A stretch of DNA of 64,000 nt from Blastocystis sp. Blastoise (Eukaryota; Protista; Bigyra: Opalinata), in NCBI GenBank assembly GCA_039096225.1, contig JBBPEB010000005.1:1240001-1304000 (forward strand). Reading direction: 5' to 3'. Each line of letters starts with the position of its first letter. The first letter of the stretch is position 1. This document shows, in pieces, positions 15,267-29,715 of this stretch. Under the pieces are notes generated by a model. The model saw only the letters and a list, made by a program, of their open reading frames with translations. It did not search any database and was not told where the DNA came from. Position numbers and translations under genes: made by a program.

Positions 15267-18200
15267 ATGATGAAATATAACAACATCATATTGATTTGGT
15301 TATTATTCGTTGCCTGTATGTTAACTATTATTATCGTTTTAAGATCAATTCACTAAGATTTGTTTTTCTCATAGGTGTCAAAGCTTGTTCTGTTGGTAGC
15401 TACGAGGTTACTATTCAAAGGGGCTATGCTGGAAACCCTGGTGAAGTGATTCAACTTTATACTAGTGGATCCGCTAATTTAAGAAATAGTCTTACATTCC
15501 ATGATGAATCACTTACTGCTCAAGACTTTATGATGACTTATAAAGTCTGTTTAGATACAGATAAAGATTATTCTCTTGAATTATCTTCAAAGTAATTAAT
15601 TAATTATTAAAAATATATTTTTTTAGGAATTTTACTGCTTGGGCTAAGGATTCTTATGTTACTTTGACTTATAATAAAATAATTCTTGTAAACTCTCGTG
15701 TGAATGCTGATGATAATGGAAAGAAAATCATTAAATTTAATCGTATATACATATATATAATAAATATATATTAATATATATATTTATTATCTAGTATCTT
15801 CTCTTGTTGATTCAAGTGCTAATTGGAGATATTCTACAAAGGTTGATGCTTTTTCTTGGAAGGAAAATAAGATAGACGAATTTGGTGAAGACTATAAGAA
15901 TAAAGAAATAAAGAATTCTGGAACTAGTGTTTATTTTAGAAAGGATATAACTGTAGATGATTCATTTACTGTTCTTCAATTATCCATTCAAAGTCAAAGT
16001 GGATTCATTGTTTACGTAAATGGTATTAAAGTGGATACTTATTTATTACCTGAGTATGTTTAATTTATTAATTTATATATCTTATATATATATATTTCTT
16101 TTATATATATTTTAATTTATATATAGATCCTCTAAAATCAATGAAAATACTCCTTCTCAATCTCTTGAAGATATTCCTACTTATAAACAGTATATATAAT
16201 GTTAACATCACTCTATACTATATATAGTATTATCGTTCCTAAAGAATTACTTGTTTCCTCTGTTTCTCTTACTACATTAAAAATAGCTATTGAATTACAT
16301 ACTACTGCTAATCATCCTGAACTTCTTTCTTCTTTTGATGCTCTCACCTATATTACGAATTCTAAAAGTATATACATAATAATAATATATATATATATAT
16401 TATAGATTCTATGGATACCCTCTCTATGCTTGCTTCTAGAAGACTACAGGATATCCCTGAATATACTATGAATGCCTTTGAAGAGAATCAATCTATTGAT
16501 TTCTCTACTATAGTATCTCTTTCATTATCGAATTGTGTTCTATCTACTGATTTACCTACTGGTTTAACTTTATCTTCTAATGGTATTCTTTCTGGTACTC
16601 CTAAAGAAGTTCTAGCTACTAACTATACTCTTTCCTATAATTATGGTGATGATGGTAGCTCTTCAGATACATATATATTTAATCTTCAAATATTATGTAA
16701 CCCCTCTAGTTGTTCACATATACGTGTTAATAGAAAAACTAAAGAGAATGCTTCTTATGAAAAAGTAATTATTAAATCAGAAGATGGAAATAAAATTACT
16801 ACTTTAATTCAAGGAAATAGTGTAAACAAGAATTATGATTATTATGGTCCTGTAGGTATCTGGTCTTTTGAATTAATAGAAGAAGTTTATAATGTTTGGG
16901 ATATAGGATCAATAATAACAGTACATGTTATAGATGATCTTAGTAATACTTCTAATACTTTCACCACAATGAACACTATATATAAATCGCGTGAGACATA
17001 TTATTTTAATACTAATTATTCTATGTTAATGAAGTCTCAATGGAAATATAATTGTTATAATTCTTTACCTACAGAATGGTATGGATCTTCTGTTGATGAT
17101 TCCACTTGGTCTACTATTAATGGTGGTACTGCTATTATTCCAACTGATTCTAATCAGTATTTTGTATTCCATAAAACTATTAATACTCCTTCTATTGCTA
17201 GTCAAAAGTATTTTATATTAAGTTATAAAACATTACCGAACACAAAGATCTATATAAATAATCATGAACTTGCTGTATATGGATTTATAGATGACTATTT
17301 AGATTCAACAGATAACTCTACTATTATAGAACAAACAGCAACGGGTCCTCTCTCTCTATTTGACAATCAAGAAACTATTACTATTTCTGTATTACAATTT
17401 GATAGACTACATACTAGTGATATATCATTTGATGCTTCTCTTATAATGGTTGTTGATATTAGTCTTCCAATTTATGGTAACTATGAAATAACAACTACTA
17501 ATACCCTTGATACAACAGGATTTGGATCAGTGGTGGACTTAGACGTTGATTCATATATAACTATTATAGGTAATTCAGATAATACTAATCCTATATTATC
17601 AATAGCAACTAAAGATGGATATAATTATATAAATAGATACTGTATAGCTTATTATGATTCTATTTTTCTTTATGCACCAAAATCATGGAAAGTGGAATCT
17701 ATAGATATAAATGGTAATCGTCATGAACACTCAGTTGTAGAAGATGCATTTAATTATTATACTCCTCAAAGAAGATGTTTCTTATTATCTAATGTTACTA
17801 CAGGTATCAATAAATTAGAATTTACATTAACAAATAATATGCTTAATAAAGTTGATAATTATTATTATATATCTGAGATTGAATTATTCGTAGATGATAT
17901 TACTTCTGATACAGTACCATTATCTACTTCTTCTAATCCTTATTCTGTTTATGATAACACAACCATATTAGTATCATTTACTAATTCGGATTACTATCAT
18001 GATTTTACTATTACTCCTTCTCTTCCTGATGGACTAACACTTGATAATACTACTGGTTCTATATATGGTATTATTCATGGAGAGAATGGCAATACTGATT
18101 ATACTATACATGCTACGTCTATGGTAAATACTCCATATGAATACACATTTACTATTCATATTCAATCATGTCAATTTCCTTATAATTTTGTTCATATCCA

Positions 18201-21200
18201 ATTAGAATATGAACAAGAAGTTGTTTACCAAGTTACACTAAAAACTAGTACAACTAATCAAGAAATGATAAATCATAATCATATCCTAGAAGAAAGTTCA
18301 GAAGAATATAATATATGTCTGTTTCCGTCAATATACATAATATATGTGTATGTTATAAAAAAAGGGTCTCATTTAGCATCCCATGTATATGTCAATAATA
18401 ATTATTATGGAGAATTTATTCCATATAGTAATTTTTATCTCTTTTTCACTCAATATGTTGATTCATCAAAAATGCCAATTACTTATTCTTATGATAATAT
18501 AACCCCTCCTAAGCATTGGACTACAAATCTATTTAATGATAATGTATGGTCTACTGCTTCTTCTTCTTCTTCTCTTCCTGATGTTCCTAGTGATAGTATT
18601 ACTCAGTATTATAGAATACATTATCCTATAGAAGACCTAATATCTGACAGTAATCAATTCGATATAACTGTATCTACCTATGCTGGTATAATTATATATA
18701 TAAATGGTCATGAAATAAGAAGAATAAATATGGATGACGATAATAATACAGAATATAATACATTAGCTACTGCTGAATATACTGAATATAAATCATTTAG
18801 ATCTAAAATCAGCCACTATATTGATCCAAGTATACGTCTTATAGGTGATAATATTATTGCTATTGAAATACATAAATATAATAATGTTATTCAACCAAGG
18901 AATGGACTTTCAATAGTAATTAACCTTATTAATGAAAACAGTGTACCAATAACAGCTTCATGGTCTGTTAACGGTGATGTAGATCCAAAATATCCATTAA
19001 GTAATCTATATGATGGTGATTATAAGACATACACAAAAGTACTTAATAAATGTTCAAATACTATATTTACGTATACATATAATAATGAAACATGTGTAGA
19101 TGTAAATCAGTTTCTTCTATATTATAAGCATGATATGAGCATATCCTATAGTCCTGAATCTATTGTAATAGAAGCAACATATAATAATGGAGTACAATGG
19201 AATGAACTATATTCAATAGATGGAATGATGATGAACAATTATTATTCTGGAGATATTTATTTAGATAAATGTTATAATTCATATCGTGTAAGAATTACAA
19301 AATGTGGAACAGATCCAGATATATCTGAAAGTGAAAGTGAAAGTATGACTATTTTGAATGAACTAAAATATTCTAGTAACACTCTTCTTACTTGTTTAAG
19401 AAAAAACTGGTCTGTATCAAGACATAACAAATATTCTTATAAAATTTGTCCTAAAGGATATACTAGTAATGCAAGAATTTTATGTTTAAACTATAGATTT
19501 ACAACTTTAGAAGGTGACTCAACCTGTATAAAAATTAATCCTTCTAAATTATATTTTGAAGAAACAAATGCTATTATTAAAAAGAATGATTTCTATGAAC
19601 AATATTATAGTATGGATGCTGTTGATACTGTTATTACAAGTACTCCTTCTCTTCCTGAAGGCATTATGATAGATTCTGTAACTCAAAAAATCTATGGTAC
19701 TCCTACTAGTGTATCTCCTAGAACTACTTATACTCTCTCTTATACTAGTAATGAAGGTGATATTGTTGACTTATCTCAAATTTCTATGATAGTTATAGGT
19801 TTACCATGTTTAGCTGATAATAATTGGCCACAAACTAATCCTGAATCTACTGCTTCTATTTCTTGTCCTCAATATTATGAAGGTTATATATATAGATTAT
19901 GTAGTTATAAAGGTGAATGGGAAGAACCAAATACAGAAAGTTGTATATATACTGGTAATACTATATGTATTGGTACTACTTATTATAATGGTAATGAATG
20001 TGAAGAATGTATAAATGGTATTATTACGTCATTTAAAGGTAATAATATACAATGTACTCTTTGTAATGATAATGAATTCGTATATAATAATCAATGTGTC
20101 GATAATGATGCTACTTGTCCTGCTAGTACTATTGATTCCTATCTATATCCTGAAACTGATATATTGAAGAATGGTATCGTTAATTGTACTAATGAAAATC
20201 AATATGGTTATTATAAAGTATTTTGTGATTACATATCTGAACCTACTTGGTCTAATGATATTCATAAAGATCGTTGTTGTATGATTTTATTATTATGTTA
20301 ATATTTATTATTATTTTTATTATAATTATTATTATGTTAATATTTATTATCATCTATAGATCCTCGACCTGTTTCTATTCCTGGAAAAGCTTTAGAATCA
20401 TTAGATTATTCTATGAAACTAACAACAGCTATTGATGATATTTATTCTTTATTAGTATCTTTAGCAAGAACATTTGTGAATATTTATTCATATCAACTTA
20501 CAGATCTTCTTCTTACTACAGATTATATAGCAGATAATGATGTATATTATTATTTATTATTCATTTTATATTATATTATATATAGTCTAATAATACTCTT
20601 CTTCATGCATATTATGGTTCAAATAGAGATTTCTATTCTTCTTCATCTTCTTCTAAAAGACAATTGTTTCTGAATACTATTACTAATTATACTAATACTC
20701 CATTCAATTCTTCTTCTGTTCTTCTTTATAATCATACCACTTTAGCTAATACTAATGACTACTGTCAACTTCCAAATCAAGATGTGACTATTCCATTAAA
20801 TTATTATTATATGATTTCTGAGGAAACAGAAAACAAAAAGGAATTATATACAACCTATTTCTGTAAACAAGATCAATTAAATTATATTCTAATTCCTGCT
20901 AGATTTACTGAAATAGGTACAAATACCTTGAATTTATTATTAGAATTCAAAGATTTTCCAAATATTTGGATTCAACCTGATATATTTATATCTATCTATA
21001 GATCTATTTTAATATCTAGCAAAATTCCTATTTCTCATTTAAGAAATACTATTTTAGTTTCAAATCCTGAAAAACTTATTGTTTATTATTCACTTAATAT
21101 ACCTAATGAAGTATTAATTGAAGGAGCCACTGTTTCCAATTATTTTAATGAAGAAGTATTAAATAATCAATTAAAGAAGAATATTCCTTTTATTTATACT

Positions 21201-21233
21201 TCTACTGAATTTGTGTTATCAGCATCAAATTAA
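15267..21233 (+). CDS. Large secreted/surface multidomain protein, paralog B (CBM-like, F5/8-like, 3 He_PIG-like Ig, HRM-like, Cys-rich)
   Basis: Signal peptide MMKYNNIILIWLLFVACVKAC. Same intron positions as paralog A. LPTGLTLSSNGILSGTP, LPDGLTLDNTTGSIYG, LPEGIMID...IYGTP; CLADNNWPQT...CPQYYEG. About 3.9 kb central exon; TAA at 21233. Confidence 0.82.
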
Positions 21234-23299
21234 TACTAGTGTTGCTAGCAGGTATTGTCATCTTTAAATATATATATATTTAAATTATACTGTTTACATA
21301 TCTTTTATATTCTATTTATATATATTATTATATTATATTTCTATGCATAAATTGTTATAATTTTTTTTTTATTATTATTATTAATATATATATTTTTTGT
21401 ATTATACACATGACTTATATAATGCGCTTATTTTTCTATTTAAAGATTATAAATGTTGTTCAATACATATACACTCTTTTATTTATACTTAGCAGTATAT
21501 ATATATCTTCTATACATATTTCATTCTCTTTCATAAAATATATTCTTATGAAATAGAGATTTTATTACATTATTATTTTTATTAAATTTTCATGATATTA
21601 TTATTTTTATTTATATTTTGTGACTATATGTATATATTAACTTTTGTATTATATATATGTTTTCTTCAAATCATTATCTATTATTATTATGTATTATTTA
21701 TATACATATAGAAACACTTTATAATTAATAATATTATTATTATAATATATTTTTTTATTATTCCCCAAATACTATAGATATATCATGTTTTTTATTTCTT
21801 GATATATTTTCTCTTATTGCTCAAAAACATAATTCTATCAAGTTTTTTATTCATAGAATTCTTGATATTAACACTTCACCTTATATTTCTTTTCTTTTTT
21901 AATATATATATCTTTTCATAACAATATAATTATCTATTCTTTTATTGTTCGAGATTCAACTCCACTATTTTGTTTTGTTTGTTTAGATTTATATCATATT
22001 ATGATAGTTATATCTTATGAATAATTGAAATGAAAGTAATGAATAAATTTAATTGTGTTTTTAAAAGATTATGCAAAATATTTTACACTAGTTTCAAGAA
22101 TAATTCTTTTTAAAGCTAAAATATTATTGTTAAAGAAAGTGTAGTTATTTTTTTTATTGTCTATATTTTTATTTATAGCTTTTATTATATGGATATAGAG
22201 AGTAAATATTTTGTTTTATTATTTTGTTAAGTTAAAAATATATTATAATTAATAGTAGTATTAATAGTTTATTTACATATTTTAAAAAGTATCCATATAT
22301 ACTTATATAACATATAGTTCATAAATAATTATTATATATAATGTAATATAATGTATTTTTAAAAAAATATTAATAAAATATATTTTTCTTTTAATGATAA
22401 TATACTTGAGAAAGAGTTAAATAAGTAGATTTTTAGAAATAAATTATATATTAAAAACTTTGAATATCTTTATAATTGTATATAAGAATGTATTTAATAA
22501 TATACCTATTAACACTACAAATAATATCTATATCTCAATATATATTTCATTTAATATAAGGATTTAAGCGCAGATAACGCTAATTAACAAATTTAGTTTT
22601 GATAAAGAAGAAAGTAGATAATGTTTAACATAATAATTTGATTTGTTGAAGAAAGCAGATATATTTAATGTGTTTTTTTATTAAAATATATGAATGATGT
22701 TCTTTTAATCACTATTTCATATATAAAACTATGTTTCACGTTTCAATAGGGATCTAAATGATACTCTAAGACAAGTACTATTGATTTTTATTAATTTGAT
22801 TTTTAAAATATGATATTTGAAAGAATAATTAATGATCTGATAACAATAACACCTTTATAATTAATATTAATAATCTAAACAAAGTATATACTCCATTTTA
22901 ACAAGTTGATTGACATAGTTACAATTATTTTTCATTCTATTGAGAATAAATGTATTCTATACTATAATAAAAACATAAAAAGATTCTCATTTTAAATGAA
23001 TATAGATAATATGCCTTGAAAAAGCGAATAATATGTTCTTTCTGAAGTCTTCATGATTCTTAAAAAAGTTTCTCTGAAAATGACTGAATCAAAACCGTGA
23101 AAACTCTCAACTTATTGAGTCATTTATTTAAATTTTCATGAATACTACTTTTTTTTAAAGCTAGTTTTTTTTCATTTTAATAATTCTATTTTATAATTTA
23201 TTACAACAATTCTTAAAGTATTTATTAGTTGCTTATATAAAGATGTATACTTAAAGAATATCAATATATTATATTTGTAGTTATCATAAAATTCAAGTA

Positions 23300-23794
23300 A
23301 TGTCAACTACAGAATTTCAGTTAACTGAAGATAAATGTATTGAATATGATTAATAATACCTTGACCTATTTTTAGATTTATTTACATTTCAAGATGAGAC
23401 ACAATTATGGATTTCAAAAGAATTTATTGATAAGTATCAACAATTTCCTTTCCAGGATATTATTGAACACTCTGAAAAATATGAGGATGGTAGCTATTAT
23501 ATAGATATGCCTTCATTCAGCATGAACAAAGTAATTGATTTTTTGATGGAAGAAAACATAGATATTTCTTCTTTAAATTTGAAAGATAGTTATGATATAT
23601 ATAAAACACTTGTTGAATACTCAGTTACACTTGATAAAGAGATTCAAAGTGATTTATTATTTCATGTTAAAGAATTATTCTATGAATATTTGAAAGACAA
23701 TAATTATAATATAAATGGATCTTATGATAACTATATCGATTCAACTATACCTATGGAGTTATTCAATTTAGAAGAGAAAAAAATAATTATTAAT

Positions 23795-23864
<70 letters not shown>

Positions 23865-24701
23865 ATTATTTACACCTAAACGTAAAGACGAATTGTTATA
23901 TTATTCTCTTCTTTTTAAAATGATGAATATTACTAATATTAATATTACATGTAAATCAATTTTATATAATGAATAATAATGATATATATATAGATGATTA
24001 TGCGTCAGATATTCCATTAGAATATATATGTCCATCGTGTATTAAAGATATATTCCCTTCATTAAAAGAATTAAAGATAACTGGTATTTAAATATATATA
24101 ATTAGTATTAATATATCTATTATATAGTAAATATGCATTATAAGAAAACTGATCAATTATTAAATCCAAATAGTGATGAATATATAATGGAATATAATCG
24201 CTTATTTAGTATAAATGAGTATGAAATAGAATATTCTGAAGAATATGAATGTTATACTGAATCAGAGATGAAAAAATATAATAAGATTTCTTCTTTAGAT
24301 CCTAATAAATTATATTATTCACATAATTTGATTGACACTATTGCTAAAAGAAGAGAAAAAAATGAAATACCAAAATTATATAAATATTTAGTTAATGAAG
24401 CTATGTATACAAATGATTATTCAAAAGTAGAAATAAGTAAAACAGAAGATGAATATGAATTAGATGATAAAGTCAGAATTAAATATGATGGTATATATAT
24501 ATTTTAGAATCATATATTTTATTATTATATATAGATAAAACAAATGATAAAATATTTATGTAATTAATTATATATTTTTTTATTATTATTTTATACTAAT
24601 ATATTAAATAGTATTGATAAAGTATACACTAAGCATGGTATATCTCAATTATTATGTCTGACTTCCTATATGTGTACTTCAAAAATCATTTTTAAGGAAT
24701 G

Positions 24702-24744
<43 letters not shown>

Positions 24745-24997
24745 AATTTATTTTAGATTTATATGATCAAATTGATCCTATTTTCTTTATGAAATTATTT
24801 GAAGAAGGTATTTTTGATTCTTTAACTACATTAAGTATTAACACGAGTATTTTCATTTTGAATTATTATTATAAGTATTATAATTCTGTATAGTTAAACT
24901 ATTAATAAATGAAATTGATAAGAACTTATTTAACAAAATAATTACAACTCATGTATTTCCAAATGTTACTGAACTCATCTATGATGATGATGATGAT

Positions 24998-25034
<37 letters not shown>

Positions 25035-27156
25035 ACTTTCAAATTATCTTTAATAAATAAAGAATGTTTCCCAAAATTACATATAATCAATTATAAAATT
25101 TTAATAAGTATATTAATTTATTAATAAATAAACTATTTATTTTAAATATAGCTACTGAAAATTTTAAGTCTATATTTCCAGTGAATTTAATATCTATCAT
25201 TGATACTATTCGAATACGTCAAATTAATACTGATCAAAAACAAACACTAGCTCCTCGTTTAGATCATTTAGCTTATACTTATTCAATTCATATTGATATA
25301 ATTGATATAGATATAGGTATTATATTTATACATTTATGATCATAATATTATCTATATAATTAATTATATTCATTTTACTTTTTATATAGATGACTTGAAT
25401 TATTTTCCTCATTTAAATGAACTATTAGAGAGAAATCTCATTTCCTTTGATAAATTCTCTTGTATGAAATATTTCTATATTCTTTTAGTATATTCTTTCT
25501 TGTATATTTTTTATATTTATAATCTACACCTTATATTCTATAAAGTTAAATCTTTTCATTCTGAAAATATCAAAATATTAGATTCTATTGGAAACTATAA
25601 GCACAATATTGATAGTTTAAATATAACATTCAAGAGTATTTATTAATATATTTAATAGATATATAGTTAACATATAATAATAATAATATTTATTCATTTA
25701 TAGATAATAATCTAGATGAAATTGATAAAAGAAATTCTTTAGAAAGATTCTTAAATAGTAGTGTATTACAACATTTGAATGATTTAACTATTTTATGTAT
25801 ATTCTATATATATGTTATTACTATTATAAATATCTATAGTTGATAAGAATATAAATATAGAATGTTTAGAATGGATATCAACTCTTTTTAAGAATAATAA
25901 ATTTAATACTATTCATAAATTAACGATTGATTGTATATTATATTATAAAACATATGAATATATACATAGCATTGAGAAACACTGAAGATTTATCCTTTGA
26001 ATATTTTTCTACATATGAAGATATACTAGAGAAACTGATTCCAAAGGCTTCTATTGTTGCTATAAATGGTAATTATATATATATACATATAATTATTATA
26101 TATAATAATAATATATTTAATTATCATTAACTATTATTATTAGATCATTATATGAGTTTTAAAAGTCAATTAATTCCTAAAGGGTGTTTCCATAATACAA
26201 CTCAATTAATTATTGGTATATATTTATTAAACATATACTATTTTAGTTAAAGTATATTATATATTTCATTCTAATGTATTTTTATGAATATTAATTTAGG
26301 AATTAATGATATATTAGATGATAAGTTTTTCAAACTATATACTACAGATAATTTTCCTCAATTAAAAACTATCATGTTTTGTATATAATCATAATTATAT
26401 TTTATATTATAAATCATGCATATTTATATATCATCGTATCGTTATGTAATAATTATTTTCATCAAATAATATGTGTATATACAGATAAAAAAGGTAATAT
26501 AGAATGGTATAGTTCTTTTATTAAAATATTTTGTACATATATTAATAATAATAACTTTCCATCATCAAGTATTGTCCGATTAGGTGGTATGTTAATAAGA
26601 ATATTAATTCTATTCATATTTATTACTATTTTATTTCTATAGAATGTGAAAATTCTTATTGTTATGATTATGTTTATTACCCTAATACTTCTATTCTTCG
26701 ATGTAAATATGATACTAATTCATTTATGAATACAATTATTAGTAATAAAGGTATATATATATCATATAAAAAGTGGTATACTTTAATTTAGAAAAAAAGA
26801 TGAATAAATATGAGATAGAAACGTTATTTAAGTGTATAAATGAAAATAAAACTCAAAATATAAAAAGTTTAGATTTATGTATATTAATAATTATATTTTT
26901 ATGAAATTTCTTTTTTTATAGATATTTATGATGAGGAACAATTATCAAAACTTATTAGTTTTATTACTATTGGAAAATTTCCTAAATTGAAATATATTTC
27001 TTTTATCTGTATATATATATATAGTTATATATATTAATTATATATTATATAGGTGATATTTCATATGAACAAATTGAAATATATAAACAACAATTGAAGG
27101 ATTCCACATTTATTCAGGAAAATCATGTGGATTATAAATTTGACACATTTTATTAA
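23300..27156 (+). CDS. Divergent BTB/POZ N-terminus + LRR-like (FPxLxxL) repeat protein, many short exons
   Basis: LFTFQDETQLWISKEFIDKY...YYID..S..MNKVIDFL is BTB-like. Recurrent FPSLKEL, FPNVTEL, FPKLHII, FPHLNEL, FPQLKTI, FPKLKYI. The junctions I traced are GT-AG and keep the frame open. Confidence 0.68.
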
Positions 27157-29715
27157 TTCTCTTATATATATTTATAGTTTATATTATTATATATTTTTAT
27201 CAATTTCTTGTTATTATCATTTTTTTATTTAGTAACGTTTCTATAATGTATTTATATAATTTTATAAATACTCTTTCTTGTCTGTTTTATTAAAAGCTAC
27301 AAGTGATTAAATAAATTATAAATTTTTATAATATCTATAAATACTATATATATTATAGAATACAATTTAATGTTTATTATGAACTTAACTTAAACTTTAT
27401 AAATATATCTACAGAATTATAAGTATTTGAATAATATCTTCATATGTTGTTAAAACTGTTTTTAACATTTTTAAATATAATATATACAAGTGAATGACTT
27501 CTTGATAAACATTTTTTTAGTATAATAAGAAAATAAATGAGATTTAAAAATCTTTTTTATTTTATTTACTATTATATATAATATTTTAGTGTTTATAAAA
27601 AGAGTCACTAAAAAGTGTTATAAAACAATTAAAATGTATGATTTACTGAAATATATTTTTCATTTTCAATATAGAATAGTTTATATGAAATATTAGTTAT
27701 ATAATTAAAGAGAAATACGATGAATCTAATCATAATTACCTTATTATATATATCGTCAAGAATATATTTTTATCAAAATACATTGAGAGTAATAAATTAT
27801 TTTATGATTTAATTCTTATTAGATTATAATATTAAAAAAGTTTAAACATAGAATATTATATTAGAATATGGACTAATTATAGGTAAAATATAATTATATT
27901 TAATTATTCATATATGAATCTATTAATCTATAAACGACACACATAAACAATATACACTTATATTACCAATAATATCTTATTTAATAAAATATCAAAGATA
28001 GTTGTTAATCATCATAAATATAGATAATATATAATCTATAATAATAAGGATTATGATTTGATATCTAATAAATTATTGATAAAATACTATGAGAATAAAA
28101 TAGTATAAAATAGACATAGAAGAGTAAGAAGAAGGAGTTAGAAAGCACAGGAGTGATAATTTTATCAAGAGATTATAGAAGAGATTCTATTTGAGTAATA
28201 GAAACATATTATACAAATATAATATAAAAATAAATAATACTTAGTAAATACAGTCAGAAATCTGGAATGATTACCAAAAGAATAGAGTTATTCATTCCTA
28301 GATAAGTAATAATTATCAGATATAAATGTATGAATATATTATAAATAAAAATAGAAACGTATTTATTAAAAATAAGTTACTTATTAATCAAAATGTAAAT
28401 GATGCAAGAAATATAAATTGATTAGACATACAACTCTGTTTCTTATATCATTTATATTTTTAATTAGTATTCAATACATTATTTTAAGTAAAACATTAAG
28501 CGAAGATCCACAATGAGTTACCTATTTTTGGAAATTATTGAGATATTGTTATATATCATAATAATTATTAATCATTTAAAATAATAGTTTTCATTTTAAG
28601 TGAATAATAAACAAATAAAAAGGAAATAGAAAAATATTGAAAAAACAAAATAAACAAGGGAAAGAAATTCATTTATTGAATTAGCATTATTTCATTAATG
28701 GTGAAAGAAAAGGTGTTATTTGATATTGATAAATTCAATAGATTGAAGGAGGATATCAATATATATGAAGAATTGATGAAAGATGTTGTTAATGTTTTCT
28801 CAGCTGTAATGAATCTTGGTATACATTCTGGAATATCGATTAATAGACTTATAAAACATATTGGGGATGATTGTATTAAAAAGGAAGATGAAAGAAATGA
28901 ATTTGAAAAGAAATGTGTTTATGAAAGTAAGAATAATGAAGATATGAACGTCAATATGGATGCTAGTGATGATGGTGATATAGATTTGATACAATTTACG
29001 AATAATGGTCCTTTATTTCAAATATCGAAATCTGTTTTAGATTCTTTGAAAGGTTCTTTTATTGATGATCAACGTGAAGAAGAAAAAAGAACGAATGATG
29101 GATCTATATATCTTGATTATCCTGGAAATGATATTTTTATTTATTATTTATTAGATTATTTGAATGGAAAGCAGGTAGATTTTTCTCAATTTTCTTATGA
29201 AGAACAATTAGAACTATTGAATTTATTTGAATTTTGTGGATTAGTAATTCCTATGGAATTAATAGATTGTAGAGAAAGAAGAGATACAAAGAAAAAGAAA
29301 TATGAAAAACAAGATGAAGTTTCTTTGATTATAAATGGAAATAAGAATGATACTATTAAAGAATATTTAATAAAGAACGACTTATGGAATAATTATATTA
29401 TACATTATGATAAGGGATTTATTCATAAAATCCCATAGAAGATAATTTTTATGTGAATAAGAAATATGAATATATTGAATATATTAGTCAATATATAAAT
29501 AATGGAACTATAGATATAGAAACTGAAAAAATTGTTTATATTGATAAAGAATTATTAGAGAAAGAAATGATTGAATTATTTGGTGATAAAAGAAAAGAAG
29601 AAACAAAAGAAGCGATGATACCCCTAAAATTCTAGCAATTAACTATTATAAATAGAGAACTTGAGAGATCCTAACAAAATGGATTGGAACTGAAAAGAAA
29701 TGGAAATTATTTAGG
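26790..29715 (+). repeat. Segmental duplication, copy 2 (homologous to ~11550-14440)
   Basis: Colinear coding and noncoding similarity to copy 1. Confidence 0.9.
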
